From positions 448,001 through 512,000 of the forward strand of contig CAVZQC010000002.1 of assembly GCA_963777315.1 (NCBI GenBank): a stretch of 64,000 nucleotides of DNA. The letters are read 5' to 3'. The notes below the pieces were generated by a model that worked only from the letters and a program-made list of their open reading frames with translations, ran no database searches and was not told the DNA's origin. Position 1 is the first letter of the stretch. Each line of letters opens with the position of its first letter. The DNA is from Vulcanimicrobiota bacterium (GTDB taxonomy: Bacteria; Vulcanimicrobiota; Vulcanimicrobiia; Vulcanimicrobiales; Vulcanimicrobiaceae). Made by a program: the position numbers and the translations under genes. Shown here piece by piece: positions 48,721 to 58,120 of the stretch.

Positions 48721-49674
48721 ATGACGGCCACCTTACAGTTCATCTCGACGAACGCGGAGCTCCCGCCGCTCGACGCGTATTCGCAAGCGGTAACGCACGC
48801 CGCGCAAATCGTCAGCCCGTGCGTCGTCGCTATAGAAGCGCGGAGCGGCCGAGGCGGCGGCAACGGTTCGGGCTTCATCTTTACGCCCGACGGGTTTGTT
48901 TTGACGAACAGCCACGTCGTTCGCGGTGCGAAAACGATCGTCGCGTCGCTGTTGGACGGGCGAGACGTGCCCGCCCAACTCGTCGGCCAAGACGAACACA
49001 CGGATTTGGCCGTGCTGCGAATCGACGCGCCCGATTTGCACGCCGCACAACTGGGCGATTCTGCGCGACTTCGCCCGGGGCAGCTGGTCGTGGCGGTCGG
49101 CAACCCCTACGGGCTGCAGTACACCGTCACCGCGGGCGTCGTGAGCGCGCTGGGCCGTTCGCTGCGCGCGCAGTCCGGACGGCTGATCGACAACGTCATT
49201 CAAACCGATGCGGCGCTCAATCCCGGCAACTCGGGTGGGCCCTTGGTCGACGCAAGGGGCGCGGTCGTGGGCGTCAACACGGCAGTGTTTCCGGGGCAAG
49301 GCATCTGCTTTGCCATCGCCGTCAACACGGCGAAGTTCATCGGTTCGATCCTCATGCGGGACGGGCGCGTAAAACGCGCTTACCTGGGAGTAGCCGGACA
49401 GGACATCGAGATTCCGCGGCGTTTGGTGCGACTGCACGATCTGCCCGACGCTCGCGGCATTCTCATCCTGTCGGTGGAAGGAGGAAGCCCGGCGGACACG
49501 GCCGGAGTCCGCGAAGGCGACGTCCTGGTTGCATTCGAAGGCCAACCCGTGCGCGGCATCGACGATTTGCACCGCCAACTGACGCTGCTCGACCTGCGCC
49601 GCAGCTATCGCCTGACGCTCGTTCGCAAAAGCGAACGATTGCAACCGCTGGTTCTGCCTATCGACGCTGAATGA
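48721..49674 (+). CDS. HtrA/DegP-like serine protease with PDZ domain
   Basis: [36 protein letters not shown] domain. Confidence 0.93.
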   Translation: MTATLQFISTNAELPPLDAYSQAVTHAAQIVSPCVVAIEARSGRGGGNGSGFIFTPDGFVLTNSHVVRGAKTIVASLLDGRDVPAQLVGQDEHTDLAVLRIDAPDLHAAQLGDSARLRPGQLVVAVGNPYGLQYTVTAGVVSALGRSLRAQSGRLIDNVIQTDAALNPGNSGGPLVDARGAVVGVNTAVFPGQGICFAIAVNTAKFIGSILMRDGRVKRAYLGVAGQDIEIPRRLVRLHDLPDARGILILSVEGGSPADTAGVREGDVLVAFEGQPVRGIDDLHRQLTLLDLRRSYRLTLVRKSERLQPLVLPIDAE

Positions 49675-50864
49675 TTCGACGGCTCTTCCCGATCCTCGGA
49701 ATTACGTTCATCGACATTCTCGGGTTCAGTTTGCTGATTCCGCTGCTGCCGTATTACGTCTTGCATTTCCACCAATCCGCTATCGTGGTTGGCGCGCTGT
49801 TTGCGCTCTTTTCGTTTTGCCAGCTCGTCAGCGGGCCTATTTGGGGCAATCTGTCGGACCGAATCGGACGAAAAGGCGTTCTCATCATAAGTCAAATCGG
49901 CTCGACCGTCGGCTGGGCGATGCTGGGCTGGTCGCCTTCGATACTGTGGGTGTTCGTTGCGCGGTTCATCGAAGGCTGCTCGGGTGGAAACATCGGCGTC
50001 ACGCAGGCATACGTCGCCGACTTGGTTCCGGCCAAAGACCGCGCGCGAGCGTTTGCGTACATCGGCGCGACGTTCGCTGCCGGAATGGCGTTCGGACCGG
50101 CAATGGGCGCGGTCCTGTCCGTGTACGGGTTCGCCGTTCCGCTGTATACCGCAGCCGGTCTGCAATTGATCACGTTGATCGTCACGATCGTCGTATTGCC
50201 CGAGTCGCGAACCAAAGTCGGCAAAGCCGCAGTCGTCGGACCGGCAGAAATCCTTCGCACGTTCAGAAATCCCGCGCTCTCGCCGAAACTATGGCAAAAG
50301 CTGGCGCTCTCGTTGGCGCTCTACGGCTGGTTCGGGGTGATGGCGCTCTATTTCGCGCGCCAGATGCACTTCGGTTTGCGGGAAACGTACATCTTCATGA
50401 TCTACATTTCCGTCATCAACGTGTTCGTCAATGCCGTCGTGCTCGGGCGCGTTTCGGATCGCTTGGGCAATCGCGCGATGTCGACCGCCGGTATCGCGGT
50501 GCTGGTGTGCGCGTTTGCTTTCGTGCCGTTCGTTACCACCGTTTGGCAGCTGGCGATCATGGCCGCGCTCTTTAGCGTCGGCATGGCATTCGGAAACACC
50601 GGCTTGCTGGCACTGATCAGCTCCGCCGCACACGATTCGGTGCAGGGCACTGTCCTGAGCGTCACGTCTTCCCTGGACTCATTCTCGGGCATCGTGTCGC
50701 CGCCGCTCTCGACCGGACTGCTGGGCGCATTCGGTTCGCCGTGGTCGTCGATGTCGTCGCTGCTTTTCGCGGGGGCAGCTCTGGTCATGGGCATGCAAAG
50801 CGGAAGGCGCGATGCCGTCGGCAACGCGCCTTCCGAAGCCGTTCCTACGGCCGATAGCCTCTAG
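49671..50864 (+). CDS. MFS transporter (TetA/DHA1-like)
   Basis: Motif [21 protein letters not shown]; about 12 TM segments. Confidence 0.92.
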   Translation: MIRRLFPILGITFIDILGFSLLIPLLPYYVLHFHQSAIVVGALFALFSFCQLVSGPIWGNLSDRIGRKGVLIISQIGSTVGWAMLGWSPSILWVFVARFIEGCSGGNIGVTQAYVADLVPAKDRARAFAYIGATFAAGMAFGPAMGAVLSVYGFAVPLYTAAGLQLITLIVTIVVLPESRTKVGKAAVVGPAEILRTFRNPALSPKLWQKLALSLALYGWFGVMALYFARQMHFGLRETYIFMIYISVINVFVNAVVLGRVSDRLGNRAMSTAGIAVLVCAFAFVPFVTTVWQLAIMAALFSVGMAFGNTGLLALISSAAHDSVQGTVLSVTSSLDSFSGIVSPPLSTGLLGAFGSPWSSMSSLLFAGAALVMGMQSGRRDAVGNAPSEAVPTADSL

Positions 50865-51730
50865 GCGGTTTTCTTTTTTCGTCGCCCGGTCGAGTCGGAC
50901 GGCGAAGCGCGGTGGGCAGCGCGCTTGGGCGCCGCGGACGCCCGGCTCTCACGCTGTTTTTTGCTCTCCTGCAAACTTTGCTGCAGCACATCCATCAGAT
51001 TGACCACCTTGGCGCGTGCCGGCGCTTTCTTCGGACGCGGCACTTCCTTGCCCGCGGCTCGCGCTTCGATCATCGCCATCATCTCGTCGTGGTACCGATT
51101 GGTGAACTTGGCCGGCTCGAATTCGTCGACGCTCATCGAGTCGATCAGCATCTTGGCCATTTTCATCTCCGGCTCGGGCAGCGTCAAATCGCCCGGGAAA
51201 TCCAAATCGGACTGCTCGACCAATTCGTCCGCCCAATGCATCAGTTCGAGCACAAGCGCCTCGCCGCTGGGTTTGACCGCCGCGATCGTTTCCTTGGTGC
51301 GGATGACGACTCGCGCGATGGCGACCTTGTTGGCGCGCGACAGCGCCTCGCGCAGCAGCGCGTACGCGTGACGGCCCTGCTTGGTGGGCTCGAGATAGTA
51401 CGGCTTGTCGAAGAACATCGGATCGATTTTCTCCAGGTCCACGAACTCTAGGATGTCGACGCTTTGGGTGGCTTCAGGATTGACTTTCTTGAAGTCGTCG
51501 TCCGTAAGGATCACGTACTCGCCCTTTTCGTACTCGTAGCCTTTGACGATTTCGTCCCACGGGACGGGCTTTTCGTCGATCGAGCAGATGCGCTCGTACT
51601 TGATTCTGCCCTCGTCTTTGACGTGCAGCATGTTGAACGAAAGATCGTTCGTGCGCACGGCGGTGAACAGTTTGACGGGAATCGTCACCAGCCCGAAGTT
51701 AATCGATCCCGACCATATCGCGTGAGCCAT
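50861..51730 (-). CDS. ku: non-homologous end-joining protein Ku
   Basis: AIWSGSINFGLVTIPVKL, IVKGYE, YYLEP, VVNLMDVL; basic tail. Confidence 0.96.
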   Translation of the reverse strand: MAHAIWSGSINFGLVTIPVKLFTAVRTNDLSFNMLHVKDEGRIKYERICSIDEKPVPWDEIVKGYEYEKGEYVILTDDDFKKVNPEATQSVDILEFVDLEKIDPMFFDKPYYLEPTKQGRHAYALLREALSRANKVAIARVVIRTKETIAAVKPSGEALVLELMHWADELVEQSDLDFPGDLTLPEPEMKMAKMLIDSMSVDEFEPAKFTNRYHDEMMAMIEARAAGKEVPRPKKAPARAKVVNLMDVLQQSLQESKKQRESRASAAPKRAAHRASPSDSTGRRKKKTA

Positions 51731-51790
51731 CGGTTTTTTGCGTCTCCCTTCCGGCCATCCGAAGACCGGCGCTGACTTATACCCAAGCCG

Positions 51791-52753
51791 CTAAACGTGC
51801 TGCGGCGCCCAAGCCCTGCGCGCCTTCTCGATTGCGGGCTCGAGCTTGACCGGTTTCCAATTCTTCCCGCTCCAAAGGTCGCCCTCGGCCCTTAGCCGCT
51901 TGAGCGCGGTTCGCATGTTCCATTGCGATAGCGCCTGCGCCGGCGAGCCGCGCTTGCGCGCCAGTGCTTCTACCTCGGACCAATCCAGCGGCATTGAAAC
52001 CGGCGCCTTGTCGCGCGCGCGAACGACATAAGGCGGCACGACCGTCTTTCCGCGACCCACCTGAACCCAATCCAGATACACCGCCGACGAGGGGCGTTTT
52101 GCGATGGATCGCTCCAGCGTCGTCAGAGCGGGCAGCAATCCGGCGATATGCCGCGCCACGATTTCTGCGAATTGGCGGATCGCGTCGTAATCGTAGCCGC
52201 TCTTGAGCGGGATGACGACGTGCAGTCCGGAGCCGCCCGAGCTTTTGACCAGCGCAGGCAGACCGATTCGCGAGAGCGTATCGCGGAATGCCAGCGCGAC
52301 GATCGCAAGGGTCTTCATGGTGGTGCGTTCGCATGTGTCGAGATCGAACAATGCGTAATCGGGTGAGTCCGTCGTAGGCACGCGCGAATACCATACGTGC
52401 AGGACGATCGAAGCCAAGTTCGCGCACCATGTAAGCGCGGCTTCATCGTTGCAGAGCATGTAAGTGACCTTGCGTGAATTTTCGTCTGCCGCAAGGGAAA
52501 CGGTCGGGATCCACTCCGGCTTAAAGCGCGGCGCCTGCTTTTCGAAGAATGACTGATGGTCTATCCCGTCCGGGAAGCGCTGCAGGGTGAGCGGGCGATT
52601 CTCCAGGTGCGCGAGCAGCCATTGCGCGACGCTGCGGTAGTACGCCACCAAGTCGCCCTTCGTGTAGCCGTCGCGCGGCCAGAGCACTTTGTCCTGGTTG
52701 GAAAGCGCGACCTTGCGCGTGCCGATCGTAACTTCGGTCTTAGCCGAGGGCAT
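51791..52753 (-). CDS. LigD polymerase/primase-like domain protein
   Basis: LSNQDKVLWP..TKGDL..YY, RFPDG, FDLD, KSSGGSGLHV, PY.VR....VSMPL.W. Confidence 0.92.
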   Translation of the reverse strand: MPSAKTEVTIGTRKVALSNQDKVLWPRDGYTKGDLVAYYRSVAQWLLAHLENRPLTLQRFPDGIDHQSFFEKQAPRFKPEWIPTVSLAADENSRKVTYMLCNDEAALTWCANLASIVLHVWYSRVPTTDSPDYALFDLDTCERTTMKTLAIVALAFRDTLSRIGLPALVKSSGGSGLHVVIPLKSGYDYDAIRQFAEIVARHIAGLLPALTTLERSIAKRPSSAVYLDWVQVGRGKTVVPPYVVRARDKAPVSMPLDWSEVEALARKRGSPAQALSQWNMRTALKRLRAEGDLWSGKNWKPVKLEPAIEKARRAWAPQHV

Positions 52754-54426
52754 TATGCGACTTCGTCCGAGTCGACCGCTTTTTCGCGCACGCACTCTTG
52801 CGGCTCTTTGTCTTCGCGCAAACCCAGAAATGCCGGCTGGCGCATGTAACCGTCGCGCGTCCATTCGGTAAAGCGGATCTGCGCGACCATCCTGGGTTCC
52901 ACGAAATGGGCCGGCGCATTTGCCTGCACTTTATTGACGAACGGCGACGTTTTGCGTTCGATTTTTTTTAGTGTCTTGGTCAGCGATGCGAGCAGCTCGG
53001 CGTTGAAGCCCGTCCCCGCATGGCCCACGTAGCGGAGTTTTTTCCCTTCGTAGAGGCCCAGGAGCAGCGAGCCGAAACCGCTTCGGCTGCCGCGCGGTTC
53101 GGTGAAGCCTCCGATCACGCACTCCTGCATCAGCTGCGCTTTGATCTTCAGCCAATCGCGCGTGCGGCGCTCGTGGTAGAGCGAGTCGCGCCGTTTGCCG
53201 ATGATGCCTTCCAGGCGCCGCTCCTGCGCCTGCTCGAACAGCGCCTTGCCGTTGCCGATCACGTGTTTGGAGTAGAGTACCGCTTGCGTATCGGCAATCG
53301 CGCGTTCGAGAACCGCCTTGCGTTCCTCCAGCGGGGTCTTGCGCAAGTCGCGCCCATCGGCGTACAAAACGTCGAACGCCGCAAACGTCAAACCGCGGTG
53401 AGCGTCCCCGCGGGCCGTGCCGCGCTTTCCGGCGAGCGACTCCTGCAGACGCTGAAACGACGACCGTCCCTGCGAATCCAGGCTGACGATCTCGCCGTCC
53501 ACGACGATGGGCAACGTTCTCCAGGCCGCGCCAAGGGATTGTAATTCCGGGAATTTGCTCAAAAAATCCAACCCGTTGCGCGAGACCAGTTCGATGCTGC
53601 CGTCTTCGCGCACCGTGCAGATGGCGCGATAGCCGTCCCACTTGATTTCGAACAGCCACTCGTCGTCGTCGAACGGTTTGTCGGTCAGCGTGGCCAGCAT
53701 CGGCGTCGTGATGTGCGGAATCGAATCGCGCTTGATGCGGCCTTTCGATGCGCTCAAGGATCGTTTCGTGCTGCGATTGGTTGCCTTTTTGTTGGAGATC
53801 CAGTGCGGCGCTTTAGGGTCCTCGGCATACGACTCCACGGTGCGCCCGGTCGTGACCGATTTGCCGTCCTTTTCGATCGCGTATTCGGGATCGACGTACC
53901 GGTCGTGGTCCTTGATCAGCAGCCACGGGTCGCCGCCTTCGCCCGAGCGTCCTTTGATGCGCACCAGCGTGAACTCCCCGCGCATTTTCTTGCCGTACAT
54001 GACGAACTTGATTTTGCCTTTGCCGATTTCTGCCGCGGGGTCGGTCCCTTCGGAAAGTTCGTACGTGCCCTCGTCCCAAACGATCACTTCGCCGGCGCCG
54101 TAGTTGCCCTTGGGAATGATGCCCTCGAAGGTGCGGTAATCCATCGGATGGTCCTCGACGTGCATTGCCAGGCGCCGGTCTTTGGGATCGAACGAAGGAC
54201 CTTTGGGAACGGCCCACGATTTGAGCACGCCGTCGGCCTCGAGCCGAAAATCGTAGTGCAGACGACTGGCGTGATGCTTTTGGATGACGAAGCGTAGGCC
54301 TCGAGCGCTTTTGGCGCGCGCACCGCGCGGCTCGGGCGTTTCGGTGAAATCGCGTTTTTGCTGGTAGCGTCGGAGCGAGCCGGCTTCTTTGGTTGCCCGG
54401 CTCGCTCCGGTTTTTTTCGACGGCAT
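52753..54426 (-). CDS. ligD: LigD phosphoesterase plus ATP-dependent ligase
   Basis: KRDF..TPEP, FVIQKH.A.RLHYDFRLE, SWAVPKGP; ligase EIKWDGYR, DGEIV, EGIIGK, WLKIK. Confidence 0.94.
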   Translation of the reverse strand: MPSKKTGASRATKEAGSLRRYQQKRDFTETPEPRGARAKSARGLRFVIQKHHASRLHYDFRLEADGVLKSWAVPKGPSFDPKDRRLAMHVEDHPMDYRTFEGIIPKGNYGAGEVIVWDEGTYELSEGTDPAAEIGKGKIKFVMYGKKMRGEFTLVRIKGRSGEGGDPWLLIKDHDRYVDPEYAIEKDGKSVTTGRTVESYAEDPKAPHWISNKKATNRSTKRSLSASKGRIKRDSIPHITTPMLATLTDKPFDDDEWLFEIKWDGYRAICTVREDGSIELVSRNGLDFLSKFPELQSLGAAWRTLPIVVDGEIVSLDSQGRSSFQRLQESLAGKRGTARGDAHRGLTFAAFDVLYADGRDLRKTPLEERKAVLERAIADTQAVLYSKHVIGNGKALFEQAQERRLEGIIGKRRDSLYHERRTRDWLKIKAQLMQECVIGGFTEPRGSRSGFGSLLLGLYEGKKLRYVGHAGTGFNAELLASLTKTLKKIERKTSPFVNKVQANAPAHFVEPRMVAQIRFTEWTRDGYMRQPAFLGLREDKEPQECVREKAVDSDEVA

Positions 54427-54455
54427 TACGCCGTTTTAGTATATCGCGGCGTGTG

Positions 54456-54614
54456 CTATACGCGCGCGCCTCGACCGGTCAACAGATTGATGATGAGAAG
54501 AATTACCGCCACGGCGATGATGATGTGAATGATGCCACCGACGTGGAAGGCCAGCCATCCGATCAACCACAGGATGAACAGGACGACGATAATGGCCCAC
54601 AAGATTCCGGCCAT
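54456..54614 (-). CDS. small membrane protein, lmo0937/DUF5670-like, 52 aa (not in ORF track)
   Basis: MAGILWAIIVVLFILWLIGWLAFHVGGIIHIIIAVAVILLIINLLTGRGARV, with GGAGGA upstream. Confidence 0.8.
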   Translation of the reverse strand: MAGILWAIIVVLFILWLIGWLAFHVGGIIHIIIAVAVILLIINLLTGRGARV

Positions 54615-54617
54615 GCG

Positions 54618-54833
54618 TTAGTGTCCTCCGCCCCCGCCAGTTTGCGAGGAAGTGCTGCTGGAATTGGTCGTCGTCGTGCCCGTGGTTCCGCCGTTCGTGC
54701 TGGAGTTCGACCAGGGATGCCAAACGAAAACCGCGATGAGAATAGCAATCAGAACGATGATGGCGATTCCCAGTGCAGCCGCGCTGCCGCCTGAACCGCC
54801 TCCCTCGTTTACTACAACCGGACCGTCAGCCAT
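54618..54833 (-). CDS. small single-TM hypothetical protein
   Basis: MADGPVVVNEGGGSGGSAAALGIAIIVLIAILIAVFVW with an S/T/G-rich tail; AAAGGAG RBS. Confidence 0.75.
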   Translation of the reverse strand: MADGPVVVNEGGGSGGSAAALGIAIIVLIAILIAVFVWHPWSNSSTNGGTTGTTTTNSSSTSSQTGGGGGH

Positions 54834-54870
54834 ACAGGTTCTTGCTCCTTTCTGTTGCAGTGCGCCCGTT

Positions 54871-54897
54871 ATACCCAGTACCGGCAAGCGCTCACAC
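54871..54897 (-). promoter_or_regulatory. candidate SigB/SigF-type promoter
   Basis: GTGT-N17-GGGTAT, one mismatch from the mycobacterial SigF-type GTTT-N17-GGGTAT. Confidence 0.45.
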
Positions 54898-54921
54898 ATG
54901 CGCGGCGAAAGCTTTGCCCGC

Positions 54922-55200
54922 ATGTGGGACGTTCTCGGGCTCGCCGCGGCTGCAGCTACGGCGTGCTTTGCGTGGTTTTGCAGCACGCGCACCGCGAGCA
55001 ACTACTACGAAGGAGAGGTTTACGGCATGACGGCGCACACCCACCGGGTCTACGCGCTCACGAGCGCGGCGTTTACCGTGCTGTTTGCGGCAGCGCTCGC
55101 CCTCGCGTCGATACCTACTGTGCCGTTGCTTGCTGTTTTCGCCCTGGTGGCCATTTTTTATTACTCGTCGTTCGCGCGTGGTTTCTCCGATGAAGAATGA
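54922..55200 (+). CDS. membrane hypothetical protein
   Basis: Three hydrophobic segments; NYYEGEVYGMT..HR.Y; end overlaps the next ATG. Confidence 0.7.
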   Translation: MWDVLGLAAAAATACFAWFCSTRTASNYYEGEVYGMTAHTHRVYALTSAAFTVLFAAALALASIPTVPLLAVFALVAIFYYSSFARGFSDEE

Positions 55201-57238
55201 AAACGAATTTCGTTTTTCGCCTCGTCCGAACCGCGCGGCGGAAATTCGGTGGCGGCAATGGAGCGACGACGCCTTTGCGCAAGCCCATGCCCAAGACAAA
55301 CCGATATTGCTCGCCATCTCGGCCGTGTGGTGCCATTGGTGCCACGTAATGGATGAAACCTCATACTCCGACGGCTCCGTCATCGATCTCGTCAACGAGC
55401 GCTACGTTCCCGTACGCGTCGACAACGACCGGCGCCCCGACGTCAACGCGCGCTACAATCAAGGCGGCTGGCCCACGACCGCGTTTCTCACCCCGCAAGG
55501 CGCGCTGCTTGCAGGCGCCACTTATCTGCCGCCCGAGCAGATGCGCGCGGCGCTCGAACAGATCGCGCAGTTTTATCAAACCAATCGCGAGCAGATCCGC
55601 GAACGCGCGGTGCAGATCGCTTCGCGCACGGCGCAAAACGCGCCCTCGTCACACACGGACTTGGATGGCGGCATCATCGAGCGCGTGCTGGCGGCCGCAC
55701 GGGATCTCTACGATCCCGAGTTCGGCGGTTTTGGAACCGCGCCGAAGTTTCCGATGGTGGACGTGCTCGACTTGCTCTTGCAAGAATACCGCGTCAGCGG
55801 GGATCAATCGCTCTACGACATGCTCGCGCGCACGTTGCTGGGCATGGCCGACGGCGGCATGTACGATCACGTCGAAGGCGGATTCTTTCGCTACTCCACG
55901 ACGCGGGATTGGTCGGTTCCCCACTTTGAGAAAATGACCGAAGACCACGCGGGGCTGCTGCGCGTTCTGGCCGGTTTGACGCGCGCTACGCGCAACGATC
56001 GCTTTCGCGCGACGCTGGTTTCCGCGCTAGGCTACGTACGCACCGTGCTGCGCGATCCGCAGACGGCATTCTTTGCCGGAAGCCAAGATGCCGACGAAGC
56101 GTATTACGAGCTGCCGCTGCAGGAGCGTCGCGCCGTTCCCGCGCCGTACGTCGATCCCACCTCGTATTCCAATTGGACCGCTGCAATGGCGGGCACGTTC
56201 GCGTGCGCTGCGGACGCGCTGGACGACGAAGCGCTGGCCGCGCAAGCCGAGGCGACGCTGGATGCGCTGCACGACCGCATGAGCGATCCCGACGGGCTGC
56301 TGTACCATTACGTTCAGCCGGGCGGTACGCCCAGCGTGCGCGGATTGCTCACCGATCAGGCCGCATACCTGCGCGCGCTGCTCGACGCACACGAATGCGG
56401 CGGAGAGCCGCGCTTCATTGCGCGCGCAAAGGACCTCGCGTTCGCGATCGAGCGTGTTTTCAGCGCGCCCGACGGCGGCTTTTACGATCACGCAGCGCTC
56501 GAGCCCGAGCTGGGAAACCTGATCCTGCGCGATCGGCCGCTTGCGGACAACGCTTTGCTGGCCGAGTGTTTCTTGCGGCTCGCGGCGCTGCAGGACCAGG
56601 CGAGCTACCGGGAGACCGCAGAGCGCGCGCTGCTGGTATTCGCGACGACGTACGATGGCGCGGGTACGTTTGCCGCGCCCTATGCTCGTGCGCTGCGGCG
56701 CTATCTGGATCCGGGCACGTGCATCGTGCTGGTCGGCAGCGTCGATGGAACGGCGGACCTGCGCGAAGCCGCGCGCGCTTTGCCGCAAGCCATGCTCACC
56801 GTTCGGACCATCGACGCCGCAGACGCGTCCGCGCTGGCCCAGCGTGGTTTCGACCCTGCGCTCCATCCTGCCGCGTATATTTGCGCAGGAAAAGCGTGCG
56901 CAGCGCCCGTGCAAAGCGCTGCAGAGCTTCGCTCGGCATTCGAGGCGCTTGACCCCGTAAGTCGATCCTCAGCTTCCCGGCCGAACGAACGCGTTCCAAT
57001 ACCATACGCCGTACGAACTTGCCGCGCACGAATACACGACCAGCGCCTTGGTCCACAGCGGCAAACCGTCGCGCGCCGCGATCAGCATCAAAACGAACAG
57101 AAACGGGATGAAGTCCAACGCGTGCCGCATGCCGTACTGTGCGAAACCGTTTACGTAATAGAGCATATTGGGTGCGGCTGTAACGACTGCAGCGGCCCAC
57201 AAAGCAATCGCGATTGCAGCCGGACGGCGCGCCCATAG
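55190..57238 (+). CDS. DUF255/YyaL thioredoxin-domain plus six-hairpin protein (true stop probably ~56960)
   Basis: WCHWCHVM, GGWP, GGFG.APKFP, MYDHVEGGFFRYS, PHFEKM. The C-terminal extension into the opposite gene disappears if one C in gacccc-gtaa is removed. Confidence 0.9.
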   Translation: MKNENEFRFSPRPNRAAEIRWRQWSDDAFAQAHAQDKPILLAISAVWCHWCHVMDETSYSDGSVIDLVNERYVPVRVDNDRRPDVNARYNQGGWPTTAFLTPQGALLAGATYLPPEQMRAALEQIAQFYQTNREQIRERAVQIASRTAQNAPSSHTDLDGGIIERVLAAARDLYDPEFGGFGTAPKFPMVDVLDLLLQEYRVSGDQSLYDMLARTLLGMADGGMYDHVEGGFFRYSTTRDWSVPHFEKMTEDHAGLLRVLAGLTRATRNDRFRATLVSALGYVRTVLRDPQTAFFAGSQDADEAYYELPLQERRAVPAPYVDPTSYSNWTAAMAGTFACAADALDDEALAAQAEATLDALHDRMSDPDGLLYHYVQPGGTPSVRGLLTDQAAYLRALLDAHECGGEPRFIARAKDLAFAIERVFSAPDGGFYDHAALEPELGNLILRDRPLADNALLAECFLRLAALQDQASYRETAERALLVFATTYDGAGTFAAPYARALRRYLDPGTCIVLVGSVDGTADLREAARALPQAMLTVRTIDAADASALAQRGFDPALHPAAYICAGKACAAPVQSAAELRSAFEALDPVSRSSASRPNERVPIPYAVRTCRARIHDQRLGPQRQTVARRDQHQNEQKRDEVQRVPHAVLCETVYVIEHIGCGCNDCSGPQSNRDCSRTARP

Positions 57239-58120
57239 CGCGAAGATCAGCGCGGGGCTCGTCCACGTAAGTGCGACGCCGGAAAAGGACGGACGGATCC
57301 ACGGAAACGCGCGATCGAACTGCGGGGCCTGCACGAAAAACGAATTCAGTTCGTACCCCAAATACTGCAGCCGGAAAGGCGATCCCGTCGGCATGCCTGC
57401 CTGATCCTGATGGTACCAATTGGTATAGCCGACGTCCGCGAGCGTACCCCAGCGCAGCTCGTTGTAGAATATCCATACGCCGGCCGCAATAGCGATTACA
57501 GCGGCAAAGCCGGACCATGAGAGCGCAGAACGATCGCGTGTGCGCGCCAGCAGTACGGCGTACACGGGCAAAGCCAGAACCAGAGAAAAGCGCGAACCGG
57601 CCGCGGCGACGGCCCACAGCGCCACGAGCCACGCGCGCCGCGCTCCGAAGACTTCCGCCAGTGCCAGCATCGTAAAGCACAGCGCGCTTACGTGCGCGAT
57701 GAACCAAACGTCGCCCAGCATCGCGCACCAGAGCAGATCCGTGCCGGCCAGTAAAAACGCGCACAGCCAAGCATCGACTGCAGTCGTTACGCCGGCGAGC
57801 TCGCCCAAGCGCCACGCAGCACCGATGGCCGCGCCGGCAAGAATTGCCGCGATGACGGTTTGATTGGCCGCCGTACCGGCGATTGCGACCCACGGCAGCA
57901 AAAGAATCGCCGGAACCGGACCCTCGATGATGTAGTGCTGTCCGTTATAGGCCAGCGCGTCGATATATGGCCCCGGCCAAGCGATCCATACGTGTCCGTG
58001 CAGCAATGCATCCGCCAGCAGGACGTCGTTGTTGTACGGCGTCGAGCGAAAATGTGATACCAGCAGCGTGATTACGAATGCGGCGATCGCCGCGATCGCA
58101 CTATTCGATAGAGATCCGGC
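56969..58120 (-). CDS. multi-pass membrane protein, putative GT-C-type glycosyltransferase
   Basis: Many TM segments; YNNDVLLAD, GDVWF.AH, YNELRWG, AQYGMRHALD. Start not resolvable. Confidence 0.65.
   Translation of the reverse strand, partial: AGSLSNSAIAAIAAFVITLLVSHFRSTPYNNDVLLADALLHGHVWIAWPGPYIDALAYNGQHYIIEGPVPAILLLPWVAIAGTAANQTVIAAILAGAAIGAAWRLGELAGVTTAVDAWLCAFLLAGTDLLWCAMLGDVWFIAHVSALCFTMLALAEVFGARRAWLVALWAVAAAGSRFSLVLALPVYAVLLARTRDRSALSWSGFAAVIAIAAGVWIFYNELRWGTLADVGYTNWYHQDQAGMPTGSPFRLQYLGYELNSFFVQAPQFDRAFPWIRPSFSGVALTWTSPALIFALWARRPAAIAIALWAAAVVTAAPNMLYYVNGFAQYGMRHALDFIPFLFVLMLIAARDGLPLWTKALVVYSCAASSYGVWYWNAFVRPGS

Noticed and set aside
56961..57238. Genuine 270-bp convergent overlap of the DUF255 gene with the opposite gene
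   Set aside because: The extension is low-quality sequence and vanishes if one C in a homopolymer is removed.
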